Of a DNA stretch of 64,000 nt, positions 45,166 through 59,425 are shown one piece after another (position 1 is the first letter of the stretch; the number at the start of each line of letters is the position of its first letter). Source of the stretch: Eledone cirrhosa (lineage: Eukaryota); assembly GCA_964016885.1 (NCBI GenBank), contig CAXHJY010000600.1, positions 1 to 64,000 of the forward strand, written 5' to 3'. The notes beneath the pieces were generated by a model, which saw only the letters and a program-made list of their open reading frames with translations, was not told the origin of the DNA and searched no databases. Position numbers and translations under genes: made by a program.

Positions 45166-45548
45166 CTAGCAGAAGTGCCCGTCGTTGCCGGGCACACCTT
45201 TCGCCACTGTAAATAAAGACCCCTCTCGCCTCAATATGGGCCGTCTTTAAATAGCCCCTGAACTCTACTATTTTAGAAGAGAGAAGTATTTAAATTATAT
45301 GTTGACATGCTCCGGGATCTAAATAACTTATGTATCAAATTTGAACAAAAGACCCCCCCCCCCCTTCTCTCTCTCTTCAACATGGCCGTCTTTAAATAGG
45401 CCCAGAACTCTGCTATTTTAGGGGAGAGAAAGATCTTAAACTATATGTTGACATGCTCCGGGATCTAAATAACTTATGTATCAAATTTGAACAAAATCGG
45501 ATGGAAATTGGAAATGCATCGCCTGCATACAGACAGACAGACATTTTC

Positions 45549-45594
<46 letters not shown>

Positions 45595-45611
45595 GTATAT
45601 ATATATATAGA
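45166..45611 (-). mobile_element. Non-autonomous Helitron-like element
   Basis: Minus strand A|TC start, subterminal hairpin GTGCCCG-GCAACGA-CGGGCAC, CTAG|T end; internal ~120-bp duplication. Confidence 0.75.
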
Positions 45612-46434
45612 TTATTATTATTGTTATTATGTTTACTGGTTTCAACCTTTAAACTGCTGCCGTATTGAGTCCTGCCTTGATATAGTTGAACATATCGACG
45701 TCAATATTTACATTTTTCAAGTCTAAGTACATATTTCATCGATCTGTTTTATCGAACCGTTAAGTTACAGTAGATAAACACAGACACCAACGTAAGCATT
45801 GCCACGGACACAAACACATTCATTAATACACACATAACACACATAACACACTCACATATAAACATAGCGAAGGGTTTCTGATGTTTATGTCTACCGAATG
45901 CCATATACAAGGCATTTGTAAACTTGTGTCAATAGTAGCAGATACTATCCGAAGACGTTAAAATATCTCTTGCGTTTGACCGTTGTTTTCAACGACACGT
46001 ATTCCAATTGTTTGAGCAACGGACAGTGCCTGCTCATGTAATTAACGTCCAAGAAGTTAATCCTACCTCAGACACGTGTACTCTAAACACAATTCTCAGG
46101 GAGATTCAGCACGGTGGAGTGTTTTTCAAGGCCAGCTATTAAAATTACAGGTGTAACTCGTTTTTCTTCCAACGGAGTTCACTAGAGCAACGTGAAATAA
46201 AATGTCTTGGTACAAAATCCGTCACTGATCTTCAACTGAACAATTAACCCATAAGCCACCTGTCTCTACGATAAAACAAATGCCAGACAAATATTATGAT
46301 CAATTGATTAAATCGGTTCCACTCTTTTAACCCACCCACCCAATATATGACCTTATGCCTACGCTGGAAATCACCAAAATATGTGGTTTTATGCCTGTGT
46401 TAGAAATCATTATTGCTATTACTATTAATTTTCA

Positions 46435-46640
46435 ATATCGGTAGAGCTTCGGACAACATACTTTGCGGAAAAGAGTTACGGCCCTTGGCGTTCTGGGTTC
46501 AAATCCCGTCGAGGTTAACTTTGTCTTTCATCTTTACGGGGTCGATAAATAAAGCACTAGTTAGTAATGCACTGGTGTCAATTTAATCGACTTTCCCCCT
46601 CTTCTTCAAATTGCTGGCCTTATGCCTAAAGTAGAAACCA
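46435..46640 (+). mobile_element. tRNA-derived SINE (OK-like)
   Basis: B box GGTTCAAATCC and shared body; further copies ~46660-46830, 47570-47690, 48060-48200, 48800-48965, 50630-50785, 53050-53255, 62080-62250. Confidence 0.8.
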
Positions 46641-49435
46641 TTATTATTATTATTAACAGAATGGTTAGAGCATCGAGCAAAATCTTTCGTGGTACTTGCT
46701 TTGAAGTTACATGCTCTGTGTTCAAATTGCACCAAGGTTAATAGGTTTGTCATCTTTCTGGGGTCGATAAAATAAAAGTACTAACCAAAGCACTGGGTCA
46801 TTTTTCTGCTAATATTGCTGGCCTTGTGTCTAAATTAGACATTATTATAACTATAGCTACAGTGACAGGCTAATAGTTAGGTCATTTGTTTGGTATGCAA
46901 GAGATTCACGGTTCGATTCCCATCAGCGGATTAGTGTTGAAAAAATAAATTCAGTGGAATGACACATAAGATAGCAGAATAGTAATGTGTCCCAATTAAG
47001 ATCTGGATTTACTTCCTTTTGGGGGTCAGTTAACGTTTGCTTATCATCCCCCCACCCCACCCCACCCCATCCCGACTCGATATCATAGAGTAAGGTTGAT
47101 ACGGCGTTCCATATTCCTCATCTCCTCTCTGTTCTATTCCCAAAATAGTGTAGACTCGCAACAAAGTTCGAGTATCCGTATTAACACTGCCAACCAAGCT
47201 TGCCGAATGAACATATTTTCAAAACGTAGCGGATTGTGTCAAAGGTAAAACAAAAAAGAAATTATTGTAAACTAATTAGATATTGACAAGAATTAACTGC
47301 AGGCGGTTCAAATTTACTTAACTGAATATCTAATATGATTCTTAGTTATAACAAATAACGTCCTGTACTACATGAAACAGTATAAAACCGAAATACAACT
47401 GTATTACATTAAAATTTAAAGTCCTCACTCTGCTAATTCATATTTTCACAACAAACTGTCCACTTGTAAATACATCTTTGAATTAAACGAACCCTTGTGA
47501 GATATTTTCTGTTAAACCACTACAGGATGTTATAGGTTGAATATTAACTTTTTAAAGTAGTAAGTAGCCGAAATTATGGCGGTCGTTAGAGCGGTGACCA
47601 TCTCTTACAGATTTCTGAGCTCTGAATTCAATCCCTTCCGAGGCCCATTTTGCCTTTTATCCTTTCGGGGTCGATAAAGAAAGCACTAACCCAGAGTTCG
47701 TGCAGCCCTTTATTTTCCAAGCTGCCATACCCTGGATGTTCCATTGGATCAAATGAGAAAAGGTCACGAGGGTGTATGTCTGCTCACGACTACATGGGCA
47801 CATATTTTCACTGAATGCATGGTACATACTACGTTAAATTTGATTACGAGTGATGGTTGTAATAGTTTGATGTATGGACCCACAACTCCTATGGGGGAGG
47901 GGGAGCCTGGGAACATACGCCTTGTCTTGGGCATTTTTAAACCTGACGAAGCCCATCCATAACACAGCCATTTTTCCACCAGAAACGTAAAGAGAGAGTG
48001 TGTGTGTTAGAAAGCAAGTGATGAAGAGATATATAAGGGGAAGAATCGACCCCTCCCTCCGAATTGAATTGGTTCTTTTTAGGTCCACCTCGAAAGGATA
48101 AAAGGCAAAGTTGACCTCGGCAGGATTTGAACTCAGAACATAAAGCGCTGGAACGAATACTGTAAAGTATTTTATTGGATGTTCTAATGACCCTGGCAAT
48201 TCACTACATCGTAGTAGTTTAGTTTAGCCCTCATGAAAATAAACTAGTTGCTTACAATCATGAAAAGTAGCATGATCCGCTACTTGTAGCTCAAACTGGT
48301 AGGTAACCTTGCTGCCTTATCGTATTGCTGTCCACTGAGTCGTTTCAATTCACTTGAGACAGACACATTCCGGGCAAATTAAATTCTTCCAACTGCACCA
48401 ACGCTACCACTACACATACACACACACACTCTCACACACACAAGCAAACGCCAAACCGCACCGATCACTCAGCCTGCTAGAAATAGCAGCCAAATCTCCC
48501 ACAAATTACTTTAAAAAATACAAGTTGGTTAATACCGTCTTGGATTTTCTGCTAGTATATAAGAAAAAAGAGGTTGGGATAATCTCGGCTGGAATTCCTT
48601 TAATCTTTTGCCTGCTCCACTGAGGATAAACAACAACAATCGATGGAACCACTATATGATCGCATGAACTGCTAGAAATAGCAGTCATATTCCCTCAAAT
48701 ATACAAAACTTACTTAGGAACAACACAAAAAAGAAGAAAAAAAAGAGAGAGAATGATCATAGCTGGAAGGCCTTTTATCATAGGTCTGTCTCACATAGAG
48801 TTACAGTCCTTTACGTTATGCGTTCAAATACTGCCGAGGTTAACTTTGTCTTTCATCCTTATGGGGTCGATAAAATAAAGCACCAGTAATACACTGGAGT
48901 CGGTTTAATCGACTTTCCCCCTTCTCCCTTAAAAAATTGTTGGCCTTGTGCCTAAATCAGAAACCATTATAGGTCTGTCTAAGGCCCACATCTCGAAAGG
49001 AATTTTGTACTCCCGGGTAAAATTATTCTCAGAAGTCCCTGCTGACTAGTAGCTAGGAAGTATTTCAGTCACTCCGTAAGAATGAAAGTTAAAGTCGACA
49101 TTCTACGGCATTCTTTGAATGCATAACCTAACACAATACAACGAAGTAGGCTGACAGCATCCTTCATTATTACTCAACCGGTGAGAGTCTCTGTATAATC
49201 GCTTGGTTTTATAGAAATAGCAACTAAACCTTTCTTTTAAACAACACTAACATTCTTAAGTATGGAGACATTGCTTAACACAGTCAAAAGAAATAGACAA
49301 GATGGTCAACACTTAAAAATCATTGATCAGCTCCATTTGGGCTGACTTGAATATCAACTATAACTACAACTAAACTATTGCTGCAAATAGCTCGAGGCAG
49401 TCGAGCCCTGGACTTTAAATAAATATCTTATAGTC

Positions 49436-49633
49436 CGAGGGTCGACTGAAAAGTTCATTGGCTGACCAAGATACTCTCATGGAATGACCAAATGATGTTT
49501 ATTTTTCAACATAGACCCTGAAAAGAAATAAAGTAGTTATTAATAAGAAGGGTTGAAATTAACGCATGCAAGATTCCACAGCTCTAACATCATTTCTTTA
49601 TAGTCAGCCATTTAACTTTTCAGCCGACCCTCG
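49436..49633. mobile_element. Mariner-derived MITE
   Basis: CGAGGGTCGACTGAAAAGTT...AACTTTTCAGCCGACCCTCG|TA; minus strand keeps a YVEK* transposase-end remnant. Confidence 0.8.
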
Positions 49634-49940
49634 TATGTATCTAAATTTCCTTTAATTTTCACATTGTGTGGTCAAATCATGCCATAGTCGACTTTGCTTT
49701 TGATAAGCCCCGACTATAGTGAAAATGAAATATGAAATAACATATTTTCAAAAGTAAGTACAATTAACTATCCTCGTTTGTTCCTCGACTACAGGAATAT
49801 GATCGCAACGAACATCATAGACTCTAATCTGCGGGGTTATGACAAAAAAGTAAATGCTATGTTGGTCGTTGCTGTTGTTTGTAGTGTGGTTTTCGTGTAA
49901 CTCAATACCAGCTTGACTGAGCAGATATACAAATAGATGA

Positions 49941-49985
<45 letters not shown>

Positions 49986-51306
49986 AGGCTGGTAATTCAC
50001 AGATTAATTGTTCCAAATATGTCGTGCATCTTCACCACCACAATCTAGTTAATACCATTATTTTAACTTCTACATGCTGATGTTGTGCAGTATAGTGTGT
50101 GAGCCGAATTTATAAAAACTGGGATCAACCATTACATCGGTCAAGGGGCCTGTGAATACCTGATGCCAACCTACGTGAACTTTTAGAGGAACTCCCCTCC
50201 CTTAGCAGATGCCCGAAAATAGTCTTGTACCACTTGCAAAACTTTTCTCGGAGGCCCTGGGTATGAGTAGTTTTGTTGTGTTGTGGTTGCTGTTGTTCAC
50301 CCACTATAAAGCAGACAAGACGCATTTCTATTGTTATTATCCTTTCTTTTTGTACATCTATCGTCTACATTATCCAATGTTTAAGATTGTTCAGCCCCAA
50401 GTTTTCTCTGCTAAAAATACCATATCAAATGTTTGATACATACATACATACATGGTCCCGTGACTCCTTATAAAGTCGTAGGTGCCACGTCTTGATATAC
50501 GGCGTTTCTATGTAATTTTTAAACCTGGTGAAACTCATCGGCTGTCCAGGTCTGAATATAGCAAATTTCTTCTTGAGAAAGATAGATGGTGAGTGAGAGG
50601 AAATGAGAAAAAGATATAGAGGAAGAATCAACCCCAGTACGAGATTTGTACATTTTTTATCGACTTCCAATGGATGAAAGGCAAAGTTGACCTCGGCGTG
50701 ATTTGAACTCAGGGAGCAGAAAGCTGGAACGAATACTGCAAAGCACTCTGTCCATCGTTCTAATGACTTTGCCAATTCGCCGACATTTGAATATTTGATA
50801 GCGATCAACGCATTACAGACAGGATTGTCAAATCAATTTCATGACAAATAAGAAACAATTTTTTCAAAGGATTAGTGTTAAACAGTAGCCCCAAATGAGA
50901 ATGTTGCTAATACATCATATAGCATATAAATATACTTGTGAAATAAGTCGCATCTTCATTTAACATACATTTATAATGTATATACATTTATAATGTATAT
51001 ACATTGAACTGAAGTTTTATAAGCTTACTAATTTTTCACGTCGAATATTCGTGATAAACGGTGTTATATATACACGAATATACGTACATACATACATACA
51101 CATATATATGCTTACACTCACAAACACACATATATATATATATGTATACATAAACACGTACACCCCTCTCTCTCTCTCTATATATATATATATGAGGGAT
51201 ACTATGGTGAGACAAAAAATTAGAATAGAACATATACAGGAATAACGAAAGTAAAAATATTATTTGGCATTAACACTGGATAGCATTGGCATTTCAAAAT
51301 CCTCCA

Positions 51307-51349
<43 letters not shown>

Positions 51350-51350
51350 A

Positions 51351-51526
51351 TTATTAAGGCTAAATAGTGAGTCTTGTTACTCAGGAGTTTCACCTGTTTA
51401 TCAAAGGGTCTGTGATAAACAGGTGAAACTCCAGAGTAACAAGACTCACTATTTAACCTTAATAAAATTGATATTAAAACTCTACTTCGGCATTGAGTAC
51501 TCTTTTCTCTGAACCGTCAACCACAT

Positions 51527-51530
<4 letters not shown>
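51351..51530 (+). mobile_element. Fold-back PLE-type insert with HHR 3' half
   Basis: Inverted repeat 51351-51465; CUGU-GAUAA-ACAG-GU-GAAA-CUC-CA-GAG-UA^-ACAAG, truncated inside stem II. Confidence 0.7.
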
Positions 51531-51566
<36 letters not shown>

Positions 51567-52907
51567 ATGTGAGCGTCCCAAACTCAGAATATAACTGTGA
51601 TACCAATCGATCGCCGTAGATAATAATTGAGAAAATTTGGCGAATAGCCCTTAGAAATGATTGTCAGTATGCTGGTTCTAATTTATTCAATTTAATAAGA
51701 TTCGGATTTTTACCTTAAAAAATTAAAATATTAAATTAGAAATTAGTCCCACTATTCCAAAATATAATAGAGTTTGGGTCTGAAAAGTCGAGCAATCCGC
51801 TACATGTAGCCTAATTTGGCAACCCTATATACAGAAAGATAATCATATAAATAAATAATTCTGTAAAAGATTACACAGGATGCCACAGATGCTATCGTAC
51901 TCCGGGATAGAAGGGAACTAGATAGGTCCCTATATAGGTGTGTGGATGGATAGATGGTGAAGGCACGTCACTTAGTGGTTAGGGTGTTCGTTTCAGGGCC
52001 GTAACATGGTGTGTTTGAATCTTAGCGTCGCGTTCTGTCCTCCAGCAAGGCACTTTATTTCGCAATGCTCCAGTCCACTCAGATGACCAACAATGAAGTG
52101 AACCTGTAATTTAACGAGGTAACCCTTTCCACACACACAGTGTCACGCTGGATCTCCCTGAGAACTACGATAAGGGTACCCGTATCTGTAAAATGCTCAG
52201 CTACTTGCGCGTTAATTTCACGAACACAGGCAATGTCGTTGTTCAATCAACTGGAACACTTGTCGTCGGAAGTCCGGAGATCTTACACACACACACACAC
52301 ACAAACACACAGATACACACACGCACACATATATATATAGAGAGAGAGATAGAGAGAGAGATTTGAATATAGCTATCAGACATGCTCCATCTATCGTTTA
52401 CCCGGCACCACATCGTTTCCAGTTGCTTGTCACGATCATAATGTCTTTATTATAAATTCTTTCTCTGGGCTAATATAGGGTGAAGGAGTGATGGGCTCAG
52501 CAGACCGAGCTATTTATGGTTTCATATGTTATTGAGCGACTGAAAGCACAAGACTCCACTATAGTCTGTCAACAAAGAAATAGTATATACATACATATAT
52601 ATATATATATAGTGTTGGGGTGTGAAGACCTTACTAAATCGCAAACTATGATTTATATTGGAAGCTAGTTTAATTTATTAAAGCATCAAAGAACTTAAAT
52701 TTGAAAAATGTACGGTAGAATATGCTTTAAGTTAGTAGCCGTTCTTCTGTGCACATTTCTTCGTGGTTAGAAGGTAAGGGATTAGTCAATAGGGATTTTG
52801 TTGTAATTTTGAACTATTACATGCTAACATAAAGATTTCCACGCTTAAATTTTTGTCTCATTAAAAAATAGTGTAGGAAGCGCTTTAATAGAGAATTTAT
52901 TTTTCTG

Positions 52908-53031
52908 GCAATGGAAAGATCCATGTAGACTGTTCTTTGCAATCGAAAGATCCATGTAGACTGTTCTTTGCAATCGAAAGATCCATGTAGACTGTTCTTT
53001 GCAATGGAAAGATCCATGTAGACTGTTCTTT
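52908..53031. repeat. 31-bp tandem repeat x4
   Basis: GCAAT(G/C)GAAAGATCCATGTAGACTGTTCTTT at 52908, 52939, 52970 and 53001. Confidence 0.95.
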
Positions 53032-54560
53032 CCTGGTTAATATGGTTAGAGGATGGTGGATTTGCAGAATTGGTAGAACTAGGGATAAAATATAGTGTTA
53101 TTTCTTCTGACGCCTTTTCATACTGAGTTCAAATCCCGCCGAAGTCAACTTTGCTCTTCATCCTTCCAGAGTCAATGAAATACCAGTCAAGTACTGAGGC
53201 TGATATTATCAACTTTGCCTTTCCTCGCTGGTCTTGTACTTAAATTAGAAATCAATATAGCTCTTAATATGAAGTTATGACGAGGTTTAATTGTTGTTTA
53301 AAGGAGCATGGCATAGTAGTTAGAGCATTGGCCTCAGAACTGTGACGCCGTGAGTTCGATTACTGGACTCGGTGGTGTATTGAGTCCTTGAACAAGATAC
53401 TTTATTTCACTATACTCTAGTTCACTCATCTGTAGAAATGAGTTGCGATGTCTCTGGTACCAAGCTGTATCGGTGACGTGGAGAGAAGAGACTGGTATGC
53501 ATGGGCAACTTCTTGTCTTCCACAAAAACACTTTACCTAAGCTGGTACCTCGGAGAGGACCTTTCTAGGTGCAAACCCCTGGTAATTCATGACCAAAGAG
53601 AGCATACGATTATTTGTTGTGTATTTATTTATTGTAATACAGAGAAGTTTAGTTTCTAATATTGAATTGAGTTAGTGACTACGTAGCATTTGTTTCACTA
53701 GTTTGACTCCATCGTCGACAAAATACGTCTGGGGAGTTTGCTGACTGTGATTGGTTGCAACGTTGAGTTGGTCAAGTGATTATATAAATTCCCCTATTGT
53801 ATAACTATTTTTAGTTGCCATTTTAGCAAGCATTTCTAACTGAAAAAAAAAAAAACAACAGCGTACGTGAACAACTGCCAATCATAGTTATTTCACTTGA
53901 CTTCACTTAAGACACGAATGTTTTGTTGTTGTTTTTTTTAAAGAAAAGCATCAATGCCATGCAATACAATTTTCATTTGGCCTTTTATAAATCTGTCCTG
54001 AGAGATAATCATAAGATATACCTCCCCACACATCTTCAAATTGTAAGATAGAAAAGATTTAGATAACAACATCACAAATACAAAACATAACACTAGCTTT
54101 GTTCTCCATATTGGGCTGTAACCCGCAAATTGTTTTAGATTAATCCTTGAAATATTCGAACTATAATCCCTAAATCTACACCATCTCATCATGTCTTACA
54201 CTCTCTACCCTCTCTATCTATCTCTGTATGTATGTTTATATATATATATACACATCATCTGATGTCTTACTATTTGTCTCTGTATGTATGTATATATATG
54301 CGTTCTATCAGTATATATATATATATACTGATAGAACGCATATGCTTCTAATGACATCAAAGCTGATTGTAATATTGTTGTCGAGATCCTGATCCTTTGG
54401 TTCTTAGATTTACATGTTCATTTTTAGGGATTAAAACTATAAATTTTGCATAGCTATGAAATACTTTCCTATGTAGCATTAATTAATTCGTTCACAAACT
54501 AATGGGTTTGTTACGTAAGTAATACTTTCCGCTGCCAAAAACTTCTAAATCTATACCATT

Positions 54561-54930
54561 GAGGTTGACTTTGCCTTTCATCTTTACGGGGTCGATAAAA
54601 TAAAGTACCAGTAATGCACTGGGAAATTGCTGGCCTTGTGCCTAAAGTAGAAACAATTATTTGATTTATGATCTGAGTTCAAAATCCCGCCGAGGTTGAC
54701 TTTGCCTTTCATCCTTACGGGGTCGATAAAATAAAGTACCAGTAATGCACTGGGATAATTGCTGGCCTTGTGCCCAAAGTAGAAACAATTATTTGATTTA
54801 TGATCTGAGTTCAAAATCCCGCCGAGGTTGACTTTGCCTTTCATCCTTACGGGGTCGATAAAATAAAGTACCAGTAATGCACTGGGATAATTGCTGGCCT
54901 GGTGCCAAAAGTAGAAACAATTATTTGATT
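54561..54930 (+). repeat. Tandem triplication of SINE 3' segment (131-132-bp unit)
   Basis: GAGGTTGACTTTGCC at 54561, 54692 and 54824. Confidence 0.92.
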
Positions 54931-55300
54931 TGTTCTTGATATTGACAAATGTATAAACAGCACAATTCAGAACACCGATGAGGCCTTATTTGGTTAAACT
55001 AACGATGCAACACTTTTTAGGCAGACGCTCTCTATCAAAATTGTTACGAAGCAATACTAATAGACTTATATATAAAATTAGCGAACTTTTGTTTCCAGTT
55101 ATTTTACCTATAAATTTGTACAATAGATCCCATAACTTAGTTAAAAGTAACAAGAGGGTACCCCAATGAACAAGCTTTATTTCCAGATCAATTTGATCAT
55201 AAACCCAGCATAGGACTAGTATCTTTATAAACTGAACATCATTTTTTAACACCGTGTCAACCTTTTCACACGTAAATGAATACATATAACCATACATACA

Positions 55301-55333
<33 letters not shown>

Positions 55334-55511
55334 CACCTTGATCACCTTGACCGACCAGTCTGTCGGGCGCCAAACGGCGCCGCTGGTCACAGCACGTCGT
55401 GCTGTTTTAGCCATAAGATAACGCCATCCCGCTGGCTGGGCGGGCAGGCCTCATATACATATAATTTCCACACACAACCCCATTGATGAGTCTTTAGAAT
55501 ATTAAGTCAAA

Positions 55512-55701
55512 ATAGGGGAGTGCACAGGTCAAAGACAATGGTAAAAACAACAGAAAAATGGACAGTCCCATCTCTCAGAGAAGCTCTGGAAATCGCTACA
55601 GTTCCGATACATTGTAGTGATTTTTAAAGGATGGCTGAGGAGTTGTGGCTGTCCATTTTTCTGTTGTTTTTTCCATTGTCTTTGACCTGTGCTCCCCCTA
55701 T
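55512..55701. repeat. Imperfect inverted repeat (possible PLE-type fold-back)
   Basis: GCACAGGTCAAAGACAATGG...CCATTGTCTTTGACCTGTGC arms. Confidence 0.75.
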
Positions 55702-55714
55702 GTTGAATATATAG

Positions 55715-55771
<57 letters not shown>

Positions 55772-55774
<3 letters not shown>

Positions 55775-56137
55775 TTCTTTATTAGCCACAAGGGCGCAAC
55801 AAGAAAGGGGACAATACAAAGACATGCCGGGGATTTTACATACAGTCGTGTAAAAAATATAAAAACAAACAATTTCAACAATCGAAATCCCCAATAGGGG
55901 GGAGGCGCCACAAATGGGTTGTTTAATACCCCGTCGATAGAACAACCCTCAACTCAAGGAGCGTGTTGTGCAAGTGCTCCTTTCTTCCTTTTGCTCTCTT
56001 CCTCAACCTATAGGCTTATAAACAGAGAAGGCCCAATCACTCGGGCCATTTTCGCTTCATTCACCCACCTTTCAGTAAATTTACTGGGGTGCAGTGCCTC
56101 TCTCTCCACCCTGATTCTACTTCTAAAGTGATACTTA
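55772..56137 (-). mobile_element. 5'-truncated Tx1-like fragment flanked by (GATA)n
   Basis: Same 3' UTR as 43924-44173; GATA repeats on both sides. Confidence 0.88.
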
Positions 56138-56138
56138 A

Positions 56139-56188
<50 letters not shown>

Positions 56189-56324
56189 TCAGGTCCGGAA
56201 TCTTTTCATATTACCCACTCTATTACCCCAAGTTTCGAGTACTCTGGTGGGTTATGGTCCACCTGGTTTTTCACCACACCCTATCCGATATATATATATA
56301 TATATATATATAAATAACAAATTT

Positions 56325-56471
56325 GATTTAGAAATGGCTTCTACAGGACTAGAACTGTTTCATTCAAAAGAAATCACCAGGAAAGCCATTTCTATATTAA
56401 ACTTGATGTTACACTCTACTAATGTATTGAGTACCTTATTAACTGTGTTTACTCCCGATTGAACCCGAGTA

Positions 56472-56472
<1 letters not shown>
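56325..56472 (+). mobile_element. Family-A variant fold-back insert
   Basis: Inverted HHR arm with core CUGGUGA joined at 56380/56381 to a forward arm starting GAAAGCCATTTC. Confidence 0.75.
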
Positions 56473-56504
<32 letters not shown>

Positions 56505-58059
56505 TATGTATATATAAAGTGCATATATATATATATATGTGTGTATATGTGTGTGAGTGCCTCCACCCTTCCAACGTGTGTGTATGTGTGTACACACGTG
56601 TGCAAGACCTGACAAGATACGAACTGCCAACCATTCGCTTAGCAGTCAAACAGCTATCATCTGCGGCTGTCTCTCAACATTGTGGTTAAACCATGCGAGA
56701 AAACCATGAACATCACAGCAAAGAACACATAACTTTGCCGCAACTAATTCGCTGCTTCGTTACTATGTAAAGAATTCGGCATCCTTTGTGTTGTTATTGT
56801 TTATTGCTGCTGTTTTTAGTGTTGATGGTGTTGTTATTGTTCTTGTCATATTTCTTCTTTTACTTCTTCTTCTTCTTCTTCTTCTTTTTCTTCTTCTCAA
56901 TCCGTTTTCCCATTTTACCGTTTTTCTTTAATGTTCATATCGTTCTTTTATTCTTTATTTTCTTACTTTCCTTCTTTCTAGTTTCATTCCTCTCTCTCCC
57001 TCCCTTTCTTCCTTCTTTCCTTCTGTCCATCCTTTCTTTTTTTATCAGCTTCTTTATATTTATTAAGGTACAGGCTCACTCCCGTCCCTTCAGTAGTTGT
57101 TTCAATACACCCAGTGTTATTTTTGTTTCTGTTGTTTATTCCTTGTTCAATGGCATTCCGGCCGCGAACATCCCGTCTTTATTTATTTAGTCATTTACTA
57201 CGGGGTACCATTGAGCTACGATATCTAATGTGTCCTCTAGTTTATATTGAATGATTCTCCGTCGGTTTCAAAGATGACTGTTCCAGTTGTTCGATTAACG
57301 AAACAGCCTGTCAATGACACGAACGTGTAAGTGATTGAGCATTCCGTGTAGCCTTTCACGTGGTTCTCAACGAGTTTCCCCGTGTTAAAGTGGGTAACAA
57401 GACTGATCTTTTGAATTACAGGTAGGGTAGGGTCCAATTTTCGCCTGCCTAATTCCACCCACCCACCCATTAAGCATGGGAAGATTCAACACTATGGTAA
57501 ATGACTCTTCACCAAGATTCTCCGTAGTGGAATTGAACCCGAAACCTAATGATTGATTGAGCAGGCCTATAATCAAAGACCGTGACCGTCGTATTATTTT
57601 CTTAATACATCGTCCGGCTTAATACTATCACTTGAGTTAGCCTTGGGAGCCTTAAACGGACATGGTCCACTATGTTGCAAGCATTTTAACAAGGTCCAGT
57701 TTCATAGGGTCATGTCGGGGTTTCGGCCCTTCATTCTTTAACTAAATAGTAAAAAAAAATAAAAAAAAAATATTAAGATACACATTCTACGTGTCTTTTA
57801 CTAAGCAATGTAGGGTGTTTTATTAGGGAAATTTGGCTGTTATTTCTAGCATGTTGAGCGACTGTGTAATGGCTCCTTCGCTGGCTCTACATGAGTAATG
57901 TTTGTTGTCTGGGTTAGGTATTCTTTCCTCCTTTCTTCGTACATTCTCTATTCCTTTCTATCTTGATTAACTTTCTTTCTCTTTTTTTCTTCTGTCTATC
58001 TGTTTCGTCCTATCTTTCTTCACACTCTCTATTAGCTTTTCTCTGCTCTTTCCTTTGTA

Positions 58060-58105
<46 letters not shown>

Positions 58106-58421
58106 GCTATTTTCTTTCTCCCTCTCGCCTCTTTTCTGTCTGTCTATATCGCCTTTTTTTCTCCCTCATCCCTATCCTAAATCCTTCCTACTCCCTTCCT
58201 TCCTTCCTTCCTTCCTTCCTTCCTTCCTTCCTTCCTTCCTTCCTTCCTTCCTTCCTTCCTTCCTTCCTTCGTTTGTTTCTTTCTTTCTCTCTCTCTATCT
58301 TCCTCCTGTCTTTTCAATAGACGTCTTCATCGTTCTTCTTACTTCGCTTCCCTCCGCCATCTATATCCACCACCGCATCCGTACGGGTTTGGCGGGTGGA
58401 AGAGAAGGGGCAAGACGGACG

Positions 58422-58454
<33 letters not shown>

Positions 58455-58688
58455 CGGGAAGGAGGTAAGGAAGGGAAGAAGGACGGGAGCAACGCTTGCC
58501 CGAGCGCGTGCAACACGCATGTTTACTTGTTTTGACGTCGCGAACACGCGACTACTAAGCTGTGGCCCCTCCACCAAGCCCCACCACACCAAACCCCCAC
58601 CACACCAAACCCCCACCACAGCCACCACTAATACACTCTCCACTCTCTTTCCTTCTCTCACTACCACCCCTGACACGCGCTCACAAAT

Positions 58689-58725
<37 letters not shown>

Positions 58726-59175
58726 CACAATCACCTATATGTGTTTGTACGTACGTACGTATGTATGTATCTATGTGTGTGTGTGTGTGTGTGTGCATGT
58801 GTGTATGCGTGTATTATATACACAGAAACGCACACACGCACTCGCCTAATCACTCACACACAAGCTGTAATTTAAGTCTTCCATCAAAATAAACGGTCTC
58901 ATCAAGTGTGAAAAGACCAGCCAGTCTCAAATTCCGCAGGCAGGCGCCGGAGTTGCTTAATCAGTATGGTTACTTCATCGATGGGAAGAGCTAGCGTCCC
59001 AGTTTCGATTCCCGCTTTGTGAACTATTTTGTGTGTCTGTACATACATATATATGTAATATCAATATATTTTTTTCACGCGTCAAACACTATGAATGTAT
59101 ACATTTTTTTTGGAGCATACTGTATATATATATATATATATATATAGTTATGTAATAAACAACATAAGGCAATCA

Positions 59176-59236
59176 TTTCATTTACCAGTGGTTTCTTAAA
59201 AGCAAAAAAATGTTGCTTTCAATCATCAGAATGAAA
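59176..59236 (-). ncRNA. Complete type I hammerhead ribozyme in fold-back insert 59144-59363
   Basis: UUUCAUU-CUGAUGA-UUGAAAGCAA..UUGCUUUUAA-GAAA-CCACUGG-UA^-AAUGAAA; sense copy 59275-59327 with 3-bp stem I. Confidence 0.85.
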
Positions 59237-59425
59237 AAATCCTGGTGTATTTATTGGCGTTGGATTTTTAAAAAATTCTGATGATTGAAAGCAACATTTT
59301 TTTGCTTTTAAGAAACCACTGGTAAATGAAATAATTGCCTTATGTTGTTTATTACATAACTATTAAGCTCTGTTACCTACATAGAGCACTCTTTTTTTCC
59401 TGGACTTTTCCGACGGAATTACTTC

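Noticed and set aside
52908-53031. 31-bp repeats as a CRISPR array
   Set aside because: Head-to-tail with no spacers
55332-55452. GC-rich structured stretch as an HDV-like or twister ribozyme
   Set aside because: Could not build the required pseudoknots; looks like the 3' end of a SINE on the minus strand with a (TATG)n tail
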